From NCBI GenBank assembly GCA_017984835.1, contig JAGNYR010000005.1, forward strand, positions 1 through 59,160: a stretch of DNA of 59,160 nucleotides, given 5' to 3'. The DNA is from Flavobacterium sp. (lineage in GTDB: Bacteria; Bacteroidota; Bacteroidia; Flavobacteriales; Flavobacteriaceae). This document shows, one piece after another, positions 1 through 9,191 of this stretch (positions are counted from its first letter, which is position 1; each line of letters starts with the position of its first letter). A model generated the notes under the pieces. It did not search any database. It saw nothing but the letters and a program-made list of their open reading frames with translations, and was not told where the DNA came from. The position numbers and the translations under genes are program-made.

Positions 1-90
1 GCATTGCTACGAAAAATCAAACAGAAAATAAACGTGTAGAAAGCTACTTGATTGCTTGTTTGGACCCGAGTTCGATTCTCGGCGACTCCA
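1..90 (+). ncRNA. ssrA: tmRNA, 3' portion (truncated by window start)
   Basis: tRNA-like T-arm CCGAG-TTCGATT-CTCGG (65-81) follows GGAC. The acceptor strand CGACTCC-A puts U at the Ala-identity G3:U70 position. It is preceded by tmRNA-like TAAACGTGTAGA with no D or anticodon arm. Terminal CCA is not encoded. Confidence 0.85.
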
Positions 91-100
91 CGAGTGAAAC

Positions 101-130
101 AAAAGCCTCTAAATTAATTTAGAGGCTTTT
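101..130. terminator. Intrinsic terminator downstream of tmRNA (probably bidirectional)
   Basis: Perfect 30-bp palindrome AAAAGCCTCTAAATT-AATTTAGAGGCTTTT. Confidence 0.85.
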
Positions 131-229
131 AATTTAAATCTTGAATGAATGCACAGATTTGGATTAAAAAAAACAATATTCCCCAAAAGTCAGTAACTAT
201 ATTTTTTTTACCAAAAATTGTTTTAAATT

Positions 230-1162
230 TTAAAATAAATGGATGGTTGCTCCTTTTGAAATTTGGTAGACTTTATCATTCTTTTTAATAAAAATATCCA
301 AAGAGCTCGTGTTGGTAACCCAATTTTTATCCACGGAAAATTTTAAATTTCTATAAGCCTTCACATAATCAACCAAATCAATTTGTTTAGCATAATAGAT
401 TAGTGGGTTGTTAGCCAATAACTGAAAGAATTTTTCAGTGTCTTCCCATTTATTTTGGTCAGTTCCCATCTCCCAACTATGACCCCAAATATCAATAACA
501 GCAACTGTATTGATATTTAAAAATTCATGTATTAATTTATTAAAAAAATCAAGTTCTTTTTTATCCTTTTCTGGTTGATTTGGCTCCCAATATGCCTTAG
601 CAAATTGATGAATTGTAGGATGCCATCTTAAAAACTCATTAGGTATTTCAAAATTTTGTGTATCGCCCACTGTTCTTGCATATTCTATTCCTAAACCAGT
701 AATGGCTTCAACCACCTCATCATTCGTATTACCAAAAGGATAGGCCATTCCTCTTACAGGATATCCAACCAATCGTTCAAGCTCTTTTCTGTCTTCAATA
801 ATTTCGTTAATGACATCTATTTTCGAAATATCTGGTAAATTGGGATGATTGGCTGAATGAACCGAAACTTCATGACCTGTGTATAGTGTTTTAACTTCGT
901 CTTTGTTCAAATAATTGAAATGAATGTCTGTACCCAGTTTATTGGAATTCAAATGAAAAGTTCCAATTAGATGGTACTTATTCATAAGTGCTACCAATTT
1001 TCTATCGAAAATTGTACCATCATCATAGCTTAAAATCAAAGCTTTTGTTTTTCCATCTGGAAATAGCATTTCGATATTAATTGTACTTTTAGTAATATCT
1101 GGATTAGTTTGTGCTGTTGCGTTAAAAACAAAACTCAACAGAATCAGTGTTACTTTTTTCAT
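230..1162 (-). CDS. Polysaccharide deacetylase (CE4/NodB-like), secreted
   Basis: Motifs SYDDG, HEVSVHSANHP and AYPFG. Signal peptide MKKVTLILL...ATA suggests the ATG at 1162 rather than 1183. Confidence 0.8.
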   Translation of the reverse strand: MKKVTLILLSFVFNATAQTNPDITKSTINIEMLFPDGKTKALILSYDDGTIFDRKLVALMNKYHLIGTFHLNSNKLGTDIHFNYLNKDEVKTLYTGHEVSVHSANHPNLPDISKIDVINEIIEDRKELERLVGYPVRGMAYPFGNTNDEVVEAITGLGIEYARTVGDTQNFEIPNEFLRWHPTIHQFAKAYWEPNQPEKDKKELDFFNKLIHEFLNINTVAVIDIWGHSWEMGTDQNKWEDTEKFFQLLANNPLIYYAKQIDLVDYVKAYRNLKFSVDKNWVTNTSSLDIFIKKNDKVYQISKGATIHLF

Positions 1163-1346
1163 TGAATTAACTGGGTTTATCATTTGATGACTTGGTTTAT
1201 TATTGTGTTAAATTAATAAATTTATTCTTTTGGGTAGCCAAATCGTCCATTAAATGAAAAATCTTTATCCGTTATCGTAAGTAAAAAAGCCAATAATTCT
1301 AAACGACAACTCCTCTCTGTTCCACATTTTCAACCATAATTACTTA

Positions 1347-2435
1347 TCAAGTAGTTGTGTTTTTTTTTGTAATTTTTCGATAATAATCATAAATCGGTTT
1401 TTCAAAACCGTAATAAAGTATAAAGGATACGATCCAAAGTAAAATGAAATTTCGATCAGGAAAAAACACCAGCGATTTAAGCTTCAAATTGGCATAACTG
1501 ATGTGCACCAAATAAAAAGCAAATGAGGCATTACCCAATACCATCATCCCTTTTGAAGACAAGAACCACTGTAAATAAGTACGCTGCGTCATTAATCCTT
1601 GAAACAATATCACAATAAATACGGGCACAATAAAAAAGAAAAGTAGTTTACCTTGCCAATGGTTGGTTCCATGGTCTACTCTACTCTCTTGAAACAAGCC
1701 AATGCAGTACAACGTGATCATAAAACCAACGGCGCCAATGGTCGTTGCATGTTTTTTGAAGGGCATCTTCTGAAAAGAAACGGCATAATACGACAACAAA
1801 ATACCTGCTGCAAAAAACACCGATTGCCCTGCAAAAGTACCCATCAAGACAAAATCAAAGGGATATAAATAACTGTCTTGGTTTCCGTTGATTCCTATCC
1901 ACAATGTACCGATGCTTACCGTAATTAAAAATACCGCAACTAACAGCCCCAACAAATAAACAAAATGCTTTTTTAAAGCCAGCAGCAACAACGGAGCAAA
2001 AGCATAAAAAGTCATTTCGACAGTCAACGACCACGATTGAGCAATAGCATCAAGAGAATGTTTGAATGAAAATCCTTGTAACAGTCCATAATGAGGTAAA
2101 GAAAAATGGCCATTCCCAAAACCGGGATCCAAATAATAACAGGTCAACAACAACCAATATACCGGCATGATTCGAACCATTCGTTGCAGTAGGTACCTTC
2201 GATAATTTGAGAAAGAAGCAGCCGGCTGTAGACCGTAATTATTGGCAATAAGAAAACCACTTAGCACAAAAAACAAGGGAACTCCGAGGTTCAATTCATT
2301 ACAAAACCGAAAAAGTTCTGGGTGCAATTCATCTTTCCAATATTTGCGGTTATGATAGACAAATATCATCATAGCTGCTATGGCTCTGATTCCGGTGAGT
2401 GCTTTAAAATGAGATGGTTTTGAGATAGTTGCCAT
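1347..2435 (-). CDS. Acyltransferase family 3 (OafA/YrhL-like) membrane O-acyltransferase
   Basis: LTGIRAIAA..H, GVPLFFVLSGFLI, R..RI.P.Y, WSLTVEMTFY, LGNASFAFYLVH motifs; many TM helices. ATG at 2435 (ORF track starts at TTG 2450). Confidence 0.85.
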   Translation of the reverse strand: MATISKPSHFKALTGIRAIAAMMIFVYHNRKYWKDELHPELFRFCNELNLGVPLFFVLSGFLIANNYGLQPAASFSNYRRYLLQRMVRIMPVYWLLLTCYYLDPGFGNGHFSLPHYGLLQGFSFKHSLDAIAQSWSLTVEMTFYAFAPLLLLALKKHFVYLLGLLVAVFLITVSIGTLWIGINGNQDSYLYPFDFVLMGTFAGQSVFFAAGILLSYYAVSFQKMPFKKHATTIGAVGFMITLYCIGLFQESRVDHGTNHWQGKLLFFFIVPVFIVILFQGLMTQRTYLQWFLSSKGMMVLGNASFAFYLVHISYANLKLKSLVFFPDRNFILLWIVSFILYYGFEKPIYDYYRKITKKNTTT

Positions 2436-2471
2436 TGGGACAAGTGCCAATAATAAAAGGCTAAAGGTACA

Positions 2472-4328
2472 CTATTTTCCAAATACGGTCAAAGGATGTG
2501 TAAGTTGGTTTAATTCTAATTTTAAAGCAGGAGATAACAAACGTATTCCTAATTGAAAAGAAGCGTTCATCCAACCAAAACCTTCTCGCGTGATGTACTC
2601 AAAATCAGTTCCTTGATTTCCATATTCTGCAAATACTTTATGTGAAGCTTCTACTACATCATACTTTTCTGGAACCGTTCCGTTATAATCACTGGCATTT
2701 TTGGTGATTGTCCACAACCATCTGTAGATTAATTCTTGTGCCAAGGCATCGTATCCATAATTGATCAATCCTTGCCAAATAATCATTTGATGTGGTGGCC
2801 AGCCATTCGGGAAATCCCATTGACGCTGCATTTGGTGTTTTTGAAAATCTTGTAATGCTTCTTCAGAGCAACCGGAAATTCCACCCAATTGCACTAATTT
2901 AGGCAACTGTTTTTCAACCAGTATTGCTGCTTGTTCCTTAGAGGCAACTTTGGCCCATAAAGGAAAAAAACTTGTGGCCGAAAGAAAGATTTCATGACGT
3001 TCGGTATCTAAATTATAATCGAAATACGATTGATAAGTGTCATTCCATAAATACAAATCGAACAACACTTTTCGCACTTTTGCTTTCTTGTTCCAATATT
3101 CGGAGGTATAGGTGGTTTGATTGTACTCAAAATGATCATTGAAATATAGTGCAATTAATTCGCTGAAATCCGTTTCATATTTATACAACATTGAATTCAG
3201 CTCGACGGTATTGAGCGACGCACAAATTCCTTCCAAACGATAACTGGTATCGTGCCCACTTTCTCTTACACTCCTGTCGTGCACAAAATAGGCATCCAAC
3301 GCAAGATTTTCAATTTGACGTTTGTAATATAAATTTTCATATTCTGCGATGCTCATTTGGGCTGCTTTGGCATATGGCTCTAGAATGGCATCGTAATGTC
3401 CGGGTTCTGTCTCAGGTGGCAAGCCAATACCCTCCGCTAAATATCGATTCAAACCGTTTTTGGTAAGCCGTTTGTTTTCAACCATCCAAACCGTTTCATA
3501 TTCTTTGATCGCTATTTCTAAATATTGTTGCAACCAAGACCGATCTAATTTTGACGACTCAAAAACTTCTCGAATCATGCTGGTATAGAAAGGAGGTTGC
3601 GTGCGTGTTAAATAATACGACCTGTTGGCATTTAATATTTTACCATAATGTACAATTTGATATCCAAAATTTTCCACCATGGATTGTGCCAGATCATTTC
3701 GTTGATCAATAAGTAAACCTATGTTCTCAAAATAGCTGTCCCATCCATACATTTCATTGAATCGTGCTCCCGGAACCACGAAAGGTGTTCCAACAACTTG
3801 ATCTCCTTGTAGAGTCAAGGACAATGACAAAATCCCGCCTTCATCATTGATACTACTCACATATTCTGGAGTAGGTTCTTTGGGAAGTTGTACTACTTTG
3901 ATGTTGAATTTTGAGCTTAATTTTTGATAATATTCAAATGCAAAATCATCCGTAAACGGGACATAAACAATTGCTTGAGAGGTTTTGGACTTGGAGTCGG
4001 TCACAATTTGACGCAATCCTATTTCATCCATGGTTCGAGTCAAACCGTCCCAATAATAGTCTTTGATCATTCTAGAAATACGATCAGCAGGCTTCTCAAA
4101 AACAAAATCAAGGGAAATATAATCTGCTTTTTGATCGATGGCAAGTATTAATTCCTGCAATAGATTTGAAAGAAAATAAGTTCCTTCAATAACAACATCT
4201 TCCTTTTCTAAAGGAATCACAAAACGTTTAGGACCCTTGTCTTCAATAGTGATTCGCTTGTCGCCATCGGTATCTTCTTGAAGTAAAAGTAAATGTAAGG
4301 TTGATTGAATATCAATGTGTACTTTCAT
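2472..4328 (-). CDS. Alpha,alpha-trehalase, GH37, neutral-trehalase-like
   Basis: PGARFNEMYGWDSY, NANRSYYLTRTQPP, RESGHD, QWDFPNGWPPHQ, EKYD, EGFGWMNAS; N-terminal DTDGDKRITIED; no signal peptide. Confidence 0.92.
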   Translation of the reverse strand: MKVHIDIQSTLHLLLLQEDTDGDKRITIEDKGPKRFVIPLEKEDVVIEGTYFLSNLLQELILAIDQKADYISLDFVFEKPADRISRMIKDYYWDGLTRTMDEIGLRQIVTDSKSKTSQAIVYVPFTDDFAFEYYQKLSSKFNIKVVQLPKEPTPEYVSSINDEGGILSLSLTLQGDQVVGTPFVVPGARFNEMYGWDSYFENIGLLIDQRNDLAQSMVENFGYQIVHYGKILNANRSYYLTRTQPPFYTSMIREVFESSKLDRSWLQQYLEIAIKEYETVWMVENKRLTKNGLNRYLAEGIGLPPETEPGHYDAILEPYAKAAQMSIAEYENLYYKRQIENLALDAYFVHDRSVRESGHDTSYRLEGICASLNTVELNSMLYKYETDFSELIALYFNDHFEYNQTTYTSEYWNKKAKVRKVLFDLYLWNDTYQSYFDYNLDTERHEIFLSATSFFPLWAKVASKEQAAILVEKQLPKLVQLGGISGCSEEALQDFQKHQMQRQWDFPNGWPPHQMIIWQGLINYGYDALAQELIYRWLWTITKNASDYNGTVPEKYDVVEASHKVFAEYGNQGTDFEYITREGFGWMNASFQLGIRLLSPALKLELNQLTHPLTVFGK

Positions 4329-5541
4329 TTTTCGAAGTTAATTTATTTAAAATAAAAAAGGAAACAAGCAACATCAACATAGGTATCAAAGTGTAGTAAA
4401 ATGCTTTTTCTGGGCCTTCATTTTTAAATAAATAACCAATCACTCGGGATCCTAAAGTTCCACCAAGTGCAGAAAAAACAACAATCAAACCAGTCATAGA
4501 ACTGTGCATTTGTTTGGGTAACGCACTTAACACAACCGAATTCAATAATGGATATATTGGGGCAATAAACAATCCTACTAATGGAAATGCAAACGCAATG
4601 ACCGGAATATCAGAAAAAGAATCAATCTGTTGTACTTGCAAACCAATGGTTTTTGGTAGTACAAATAGTACGATCAACATCGCCAGGATGATGCAGCTAC
4701 TTAATACCCAAATCCAATGGATTTTTTTAATGATGAATCCAGCTAATATTCTTCCTGCAGCCAAACTAATAGCAAGCACACTGGCCATCATTATACTAAC
4801 ATTTTCGGGCAAATGCAGTACCTTACTATTGAAAGTTGGCAACCAAGACATGATGCCTTGTTCTATCATCACGAATAAAAATGCGCTTACCACAAAAATA
4901 ATGGTTAATAATTTGGCTAATAAACCAAACATTTGAGCAAAATCATCCCACAGATTTACCCCCGCAATGTCATTAGATTCTTGAAAATCGATGAAAAATA
5001 AAAAGAAAAAAGAAACGATGGAAAGTCCTGCCAACAACCAATAAACATGCAACCATGAATCGGGGTTGTTTTCGGTATTAAAAGCTGGGAATAAAAAATA
5101 CGCCAGGGCAATTCCAATCATAAATACCCCTTCAATGCTACTCATCAAACTGTTGTGCTCCTGTTGGTTATCTGTAACAGATCCAATCAATGAATACACC
5201 GAAACTTTGATCAATGCAAAAGAAACGCCTACCGTTGCAAATAAAATCTTCGCAGCGTTAAATGAATTTCCAAAATACATGCTTAAACAAGCAAAAGTAA
5301 CCAAGGCCAATCCAATTAACATGGCTTTTTTATAACCAATTCGTGGTAAAAAAGAAGCAACTAAAAAAGATACAATAGCAATGGGCAAATCTTTAAACGC
5401 CTCTAAAACGCTTGCCTGTACTTCATCTACGCCATAATTTGCTTGCGATTTTAGTATGACGATTCCCACACTGTTAAGCAAAATAGCAAAAACAAAATAG
5501 TTCAAATACATCGCGATTTTAACGGCACTTTTTTTCATCAT
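4312..5541 (-). CDS. MFS sugar transporter (FucP/GluP-like)
   Basis: About 12 TM segments; overlaps the trehalase start; operon context. Confidence 0.8.
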   Translation of the reverse strand: MMKKSAVKIAMYLNYFVFAILLNSVGIVILKSQANYGVDEVQASVLEAFKDLPIAIVSFLVASFLPRIGYKKAMLIGLALVTFACLSMYFGNSFNAAKILFATVGVSFALIKVSVYSLIGSVTDNQQEHNSLMSSIEGVFMIGIALAYFLFPAFNTENNPDSWLHVYWLLAGLSIVSFFFLFFIDFQESNDIAGVNLWDDFAQMFGLLAKLLTIIFVVSAFLFVMIEQGIMSWLPTFNSKVLHLPENVSIMMASVLAISLAAGRILAGFIIKKIHWIWVLSSCIILAMLIVLFVLPKTIGLQVQQIDSFSDIPVIAFAFPLVGLFIAPIYPLLNSVVLSALPKQMHSSMTGLIVVFSALGGTLGSRVIGYLFKNEGPEKAFYYTLIPMLMLLVSFFILNKLTSKNESTH

Positions 5542-5549
5542 TATCAGAA

Positions 5550-6488
5550 TTAGTTGTGGGTATTTAAATAAGCTGGTATATCGACATTGTCGGGTAATTT
5601 ACCCACATTTTGCAATTTTAGTACGGCTAATTTTTGAGCAATCGTAATAGACGCGTCAAAATCCTTTTGCTGTAATCGAGCATATAAAAACCCAGTCCAA
5701 AAAGCATCTCCAGCTCCTGTCGTGTCTTTTATATTGTCTAGTTGGGTGGCCTGTTGATGGAAAATTCCGTGATTTTTATCCGATAGCACCACACCGTCTT
5801 TCCCTTTGGTAAGGCAAATTGTAGTAGCTCCAAGTTCGTGGAAATAATTGAAAATAAAATCTTCTGATTTCACTTCATCAAAGAGACGAAAACAATCGTC
5901 TTCACTCAACTTTACCAAAGGATCTGTTGCCAAGTAGGCTTTCAACACCTGCTTTGCTTCTTCTCTATCTGGCCAAATTCGTTCAGAAAAATTAATATCT
6001 ATACTCGTTTGTAAACCTAAAGATTTTGCTCTCACAGCACTTTCTACTAGGGTGGTTTGTGCTGGTTTTTTACTTAAAGCAAAACAAGTGGTGTGAAAAA
6101 TTTTGGCATTGGCCAACAATTCATCTGAAATTTGAGACGGTATGATTTGATTATCTGCTTGTCTGTAGGCAATAAAATCGGGAGTACCTGTTGATTTTGA
6201 AACAAATATTACAGAGGTAGGTTCCGTTGTTGATTTTCGTACATGCGAAACATCAACGTGGTTATTTTGCAAATTATTAAGGATAAAATCTCCCAACCCA
6301 TCGTTGCCACAAGTTGCGATCAAAACTGTTTTCAACCCCAATCGAGTCGCATTTACAGCTACGTTGGTAGGAGATCCACCTAAATACCTGTGGTAATCGT
6401 TTGTATTTAATATAGAAGCATTGGTTTCATGACCAATAAAGTCAATCAACACTTCTCCTGCGCAAATAATATCAATTTCTTTTTTCAA
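5550..6488 (-). CDS. PfkB family carbohydrate kinase (fructokinase-like)
   Basis: GEVLID, GGSPTNVA and DTTGAGDAF PfkB signatures. Confidence 0.9.
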   Translation of the reverse strand: MKKEIDIICAGEVLIDFIGHETNASILNTNDYHRYLGGSPTNVAVNATRLGLKTVLIATCGNDGLGDFILNNLQNNHVDVSHVRKSTTEPTSVIFVSKSTGTPDFIAYRQADNQIIPSQISDELLANAKIFHTTCFALSKKPAQTTLVESAVRAKSLGLQTSIDINFSERIWPDREEAKQVLKAYLATDPLVKLSEDDCFRLFDEVKSEDFIFNYFHELGATTICLTKGKDGVVLSDKNHGIFHQQATQLDNIKDTTGAGDAFWTGFLYARLQQKDFDASITIAQKLAVLKLQNVGKLPDNVDIPAYLNTHN

Positions 6489-6489
6489 G

Positions 6490-7668
6490 TTAAACTAATA
6501 ATTTATGATTTATATATAGTGTTTGATGGATCAAAATAGCTGCTGCGGCACTCCAGGCACAATAGGAAACCCCATTGGGCTCTTGGGTTTGGGTATTGAA
6601 ATTTTCATAAAATGAAAAATCATACTGAGCATTTGCCTGATGGATTTTTTCTAATAATTGCAATGCTTTGTCTTTTTCTGACTTAGACAATAAAGCAAGT
6701 CCAAAAAAACCGTTGACCATGCACCAACTCCCACCGTTATGGAATTCGTTCGGGAAATTTCTAAATTCGTATTTGCAATTATTCTTCAGCAATCCCCAAT
6801 GTTCGTCACCTTCTTTAACAGGAGGCCAAAAGGCTGGTACGAGTCCGAGTGGTTTACTTTTAGCAAGTTCAAAAGCATAGTCAATGATGCGGTCATGAAT
6901 GTTTTTGGAACCAATATTTAACAATACCAACAGCGAATTGGCAAAAGCATCGAATTGAGTTTTATATCCCGATGGAGAAAAAGAACAAGGTACATAGCCT
7001 TGGAATTCAACTTCATGATAAGCACGATCGTGGTATTTTTCGGAAGTTGAATCCGGAAAAAAATTGGCTTCAATTTGAGCAACAATCGAATCTATTTTAG
7101 AAGAAATCACTTCACTCTTTGCAAAATGATTGTAACTTCTCAATGCCCAAACTCGCAATAATTGATCATACAACACATAACCATCGGTGATGTATTCGTC
7201 TGCCCAATTTCCGGATAAGGGGACATACATCAAATGTTTGTTGTTGAATTCCCACGCATTCATTAAGTGCAAACACTTTTCGATATGAGAAGCATATTGG
7301 GATACAAAATCGGGATCCTTGGTATAATGCGCATATTGACAAACTCCAATAATGAACCAGGTCACCGCATCTACTCGACCGGCAAGTCCGCCATAACTAA
7401 CTTCCTTTTTATCTTCAGAACAAAGTACATTGGAAGGTATGGTTCCTAATTCGTGTTGGTTATCAGCTAAAGTTTTAATCGTTTGCTTGAAGGCCTCGAT
7501 TAGTTTCTCTTCACCCGAAGCTAAGGCTGCTAAACCGCATATTACACCGTCTCTTGCCCAAACTCTTTTGTAATTGGTCGTGTCTTCAAAACTAGCCAAA
7601 AAACCATTGGGTGAGGCTACATTATGAAGCAATTCGACCGCTTTATTGTAATGTAAGTTATTATTCAT
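6490..7668 (-). CDS. GH100-like alkaline/neutral invertase ((alpha/alpha)6 glycosidase)
   Basis: Y.RVWARDG, VDAVTWFII, FHNGGSW and AWSAAA resemble GH100 motifs; next to a fructokinase-like gene. Confidence 0.7.
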   Translation of the reverse strand: MNNNLHYNKAVELLHNVASPNGFLASFEDTTNYKRVWARDGVICGLAALASGEEKLIEAFKQTIKTLADNQHELGTIPSNVLCSEDKKEVSYGGLAGRVDAVTWFIIGVCQYAHYTKDPDFVSQYASHIEKCLHLMNAWEFNNKHLMYVPLSGNWADEYITDGYVLYDQLLRVWALRSYNHFAKSEVISSKIDSIVAQIEANFFPDSTSEKYHDRAYHEVEFQGYVPCSFSPSGYKTQFDAFANSLLVLLNIGSKNIHDRIIDYAFELAKSKPLGLVPAFWPPVKEGDEHWGLLKNNCKYEFRNFPNEFHNGGSWCMVNGFFGLALLSKSEKDKALQLLEKIHQANAQYDFSFYENFNTQTQEPNGVSYCAWSAAAAILIHQTLYINHKLLV

Positions 7669-8971
7669 TTGAAACCTGAATCGATTTTTTATTTTTAATT
7701 AACAAGGTCAATAATGCAGCAACAAGTAAAAGAACTCCTGCAAAAGTGATCGCCTGTCTTGGGTCATTATCTAAAAAGTTTTTAAGAATGTACCCGAAAG
7801 ATAAATTTTGAATGATCATTGGAATCACAATCATCATGTTAATAATTCCCATATACACTCCATAACGTTCCTTCGGAATGCTATCCACAATGATCAAATA
7901 TGGAATTCCCATCATACTAGCCCATCCAATTCCATAACCAACAATAATTCCAAAAAAGATGTAGGGATTGTGGATGATTGGAAAGCTCAAAAATGCGAAT
8001 CCTGCTAGAACCAGGCAGATAAAATGAACCATTTTGGGACTGTATTTTTTTGCCAATTTGGCTAAATAAAAAGCTACAGAAAAAGTAATTACAAATCCAA
8101 AGGCGCCTATTAGACCGTTCCATTCAACGGCATTCTCGTAGAGCGTTTTGTTTTTTGGTGTTGTATTCCAAACAGTAAGCGCCATACTTTTAGCATTGTT
8201 TTGCCAATAACACATTAGAGCGAACCACTGAAATAAATACACCAAAAACAATTGCCACATAATTTTTGGCATTTCTACTACGGCTACATAAATATCTTTC
8301 AAAGGAGATAAAATAGTACTCGAAGATGCTTTTAATGCAATCAACTCTTCAGGACTTGGAGGGGTTTCTTTTGCATTTCGCATACTCCACCAAATGGAAG
8401 TAACCGACAAAACCGATCCTAGAAAGAATGAAGCATAAATCCAATTAGGCAAAGCACCTGTATATCCTACAAATACAATCGGAAATAGAAAAAGTGATAT
8501 GTATGATAAAAACTGGCCAAAACCAGTAAAGAAACTTTGTGCTTGAAATCCGGTTGGCAATTGCTCTTCATCTAATGTATCAGCCACAAATGCTCTGTAA
8601 GGCTCCATAGCCGTATTGTTTCCAACATCTAGTAACCAAAGTAAACCAGCCGCCATCCATAAAGAACTACTAAATGGGAACAAGAACAATGCGATACTGC
8701 ATAACAAAGCACCTATAAAAAAATAAGGCTTTCTTCTTCCCCATCTTGGGTGCCACGTTTTATCACTCATAGCGCCAATCAAGGGTTGCACCAACAAACC
8801 GGTAACCGGCCCTGCAATATTCAATATCGGAATTTGATCAGGATTAGCACCTAAAAAATCATAAATTGGATTGACTGCACTTTGCTGCAAGCCGAAGCTG
8901 TATTGGATTCCGAAAAATCCAACATTCATATTGATTATTTGCCAAAAACTAAGCTTAAACTTTTTATTCAT
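7661..8971 (-). CDS. SLC45/GPH-type MFS disaccharide (sucrose/maltose) transporter
   Basis: GFFGIQYSFGLQQ, AGPVTGLLVQPLIGAMSD, WGRRKPY, MEPYRAFVAD, GVYMGIINMMIVIP. Confidence 0.85.
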   Translation of the reverse strand: MNKKFKLSFWQIINMNVGFFGIQYSFGLQQSAVNPIYDFLGANPDQIPILNIAGPVTGLLVQPLIGAMSDKTWHPRWGRRKPYFFIGALLCSIALFLFPFSSSLWMAAGLLWLLDVGNNTAMEPYRAFVADTLDEEQLPTGFQAQSFFTGFGQFLSYISLFLFPIVFVGYTGALPNWIYASFFLGSVLSVTSIWWSMRNAKETPPSPEELIALKASSSTILSPLKDIYVAVVEMPKIMWQLFLVYLFQWFALMCYWQNNAKSMALTVWNTTPKNKTLYENAVEWNGLIGAFGFVITFSVAFYLAKLAKKYSPKMVHFICLVLAGFAFLSFPIIHNPYIFFGIIVGYGIGWASMMGIPYLIIVDSIPKERYGVYMGIINMMIVIPMIIQNLSFGYILKNFLDNDPRQAITFAGVLLLVAALLTLLIKNKKSIQVSNE

Positions 8972-9014
8972 AGGAGTTTACAATTATAATTTTTAAGTAT
9001 TGCTTATTAAATAA

Positions 9015-9050
9015 AATAGTTCCCATGTCAAACAAGACACAGAAACTATT
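9015..9050 (-). terminator. Terminator-like hairpin in the leader of the MFS/invertase/trehalase operon
   Basis: On the minus strand AAUAGUUUCUGUGUC pairs with GACAUGGGAACUAUU (15 bp including G:U) and is followed by UUAUUU. Confidence 0.55.
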
Positions 9051-9096
9051 CTTCCTAAACAAAATATTTTATTATCTAACGATAATGTATGATACC

Positions 9097-9104
9097 CAAA
9101 TTTA
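9097..9104 (-). promoter_or_regulatory. Bacteroidetes -7 promoter box (TAAATTTG)
   Basis: CAAATTTA on + strand reads as TAnnTTTG on - strand, upstream of 8971. Confidence 0.55.
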
Positions 9105-9158
9105 CCTACAAAATATTCAATTAATTAAAAATCAATCTAATAATGGCAAAAATAGCAC

Positions 9159-9172
9159 CGAAATCGTTTTCG
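9159..9172. promoter_or_regulatory. LacI-type operator, copy 1 (CGAAATCGTTTTCG)
   Basis: One mismatch to the palindrome CGAAAACGTTTTCG at 22768; central CG is typical of LacI/GalR operators. Confidence 0.7.
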
Positions 9173-9191
9173 AATTATGTAATGTTGTCAA

